Assembly (NCBI RefSeq): GCF_037042905.1 | Contig: NC_087252.1 | Coordinates: 18,788,001-18,852,000, forward strand | Direction of reading: 5' to 3' | From: Lytechinus pictus | Taxonomy: Eukaryota | Length of the DNA stretch: 64,000 nucleotides | Shown: positions 62,595-64,000 of the stretch, in pieces | How the letters are laid out: every line of letters starts with the position of its first letter | How positions within the stretch are numbered: the stretch's first letter is position 1 | Made by a program: the position numbers and the translations under genes | The notes under the pieces: model-generated | What the model was told of the DNA's origin: nothing | Databases searched by the model: none | What the model saw: the letters and a program-made list of their open reading frames with translations, nothing else

Positions 62595-63012
62595 AATGGT
62601 GTCATGCTACCCCTCTTCTAAATAAACTACATTGGCTACCTGTTTCTGATAGAATACATTATCGAATACTTGTTCAAACCTATAAATCTCTGTCAACCAC
62701 ACTACCTTCTAACATTTCTTCATTATTTCAGCAACAAAGATCTACATACTCTCTTCGTTCTGCAGCTGCTCCTTCCTATGTCATTCCAAAATCCAGAAAA
62801 CAGGCCGGTTTCAACTCCTTTCAATCTCTTGCCCCCCGTCTTTGGAACAAACTCCCTCCATCTCTTCGAAACCTCTCTTCTTTTGACCTCTTTAAAAAAC
62901 ATCTCAAAACACACTTATATAACCATCAACCTTAACTTGTCTTATGCAATCAACAGCGCTTTGATTCCTCTGGAAAAGCGCTATATAAATCCAATTATTA
63001 TTATTATTATTG
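62595..63012 (+). mobile_element. L2-clade LINE 3' end
   Basis: KLHWLPVSDRI...LRS...APRLWNKLPPSLR...FKKHLKTHLY; 3' stem AGCGCTTT...AAAGCGCT-ATATAAAT and (ATT)n tail. Confidence 0.9.
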
Positions 63013-63149
63013 TTATCTTCCTTATTTTTTTTCAGTGATTAAAATTCCATTAAACATGCAAAATGTTTTTCTCCCTATGATGTTTTTGGATTGATACTAT
63101 ATTGAATAAAGAGTACTTTACTCATTGGAGATTCGGTAGGTTTCCACTT

Positions 63150-63650
63150 TGGCGAGTTAACATCGCGAGTTATGGCGAGTTATAGCGAGTTGCCAAAATG
63201 AGGCACTCGCGATAACTCGCATAAAGCTCACCATGAAACTCGGGATAACTCGCGACAACTCGGCAGAGCTCGGCGGAGCTCGTTCAAGCTCGGGACAACT
63301 CTCCTTGAAGTCGTGAGCTGTTTCAAAATTTTTGAACATGTTCAAAAATTTTGCTAACTCGCTGTAACTCGTGCTGAACTCACCTAAACTCGTTATATAC
63401 TCGCAGCACTCGCAATAACTCGTAAGAAGCTCGAGATAAACTCACAATAACTCGTAATAACTCGCCACATCTGAGTATACGCGAGTGCGTTCCGAGTTTT
63501 CAAGAGCGATATACGAGCATTGCGATCGTTTTACGAGTCAAATGGAGGTGCCCACGAGATTAGCGCGACTTTAGATCGAGCACCCCGAGTTACAGCGAGT
63601 TTCGTATGAGTTTATTCCGAGTGCGTTGCAATAGCTCAGAGGCATGCCAG
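63150..63650. repeat. Degenerate palindromic MITE-like repeat rich in AACTCG/CGAGTT
   Basis: Many AACTCG copies switching to CGAGT orientation near 63480. Confidence 0.6.
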
Positions 63651-63702
63651 CTGAATGATAAATGTCCAGTGATCTATATTTTCCCCACATATAAACCCCT
63701 CA

Positions 63703-64000
63703 AAAAAAGTTTGAAATCTGAGTTTGGCCATTAATTTCTCCCAACTCCAAAATTTACACATTGCACATTTGACATCATTTAAAAGGTCATTCAATTTCCT
63801 TTACAATGATACCATGCTTGTTATGATCATGCCATCACGAAAAGAGCAGGATTCAAAAGTGTTGGATAAAGTCTGAATTGAAAAGCTGCAAAACGAGCAA
63901 AAAAGTTTGGAAATCTGAGTTTGGCCATTAATTTATCCCGACTCCGAATTTTACACAATGCATATTTGATATCTTTCAAAAGATCATTTGATTCTCTTTT
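63703..64000 (+). repeat. ~197-bp tandem repeat running off the window end
   Basis: aaaaagttt.gaaatctgagtttggccattaattt at about 63703 and 63900. Confidence 0.8.

Noticed and set aside
5862..63345. Most 60-130-aa ORFs in the track
   Set aside because: They are low-complexity, antisense to TE ORFs or inside repeats, with no recognisable domains.

Overview
AT-rich eukaryotic (animal) DNA made almost entirely of nested and adjacent transposable elements. The repeat families and a Deu-domain SINE suggest a marine invertebrate such as an echinoderm, but this is inference. No complete host gene is supported; there is one possible terminal exon at 1385-1683. Main contents: (i) a Penelope-like element with inverted pLTRs, each carrying a hammerhead ribozyme; (ii) a Helentron-type HINE; (iii) many TIR and foldback non-autonomous DNA transposons (Tc1/mariner-, Academ-, Kolobok- and Harbinger-like); (iv) a young 8-kb gag-only Gypsy-type LTR element with a TGTA target-site duplication (TSD), whose LTRs are identical over about 386 bp but diverge sharply at the U5 end, inserted in a palindromic element; (v) a 16.3-kb PIF/Harbinger element with a decayed spliced transposase, carrying an intact LINE whose ORF1 and APE-RT ORF2 are 3.4 kb apart; (vi) L1/Tx1, L2/CR1, RTE and SINE fragments. 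All alignments were done by eye, so family calls need confirming by search.
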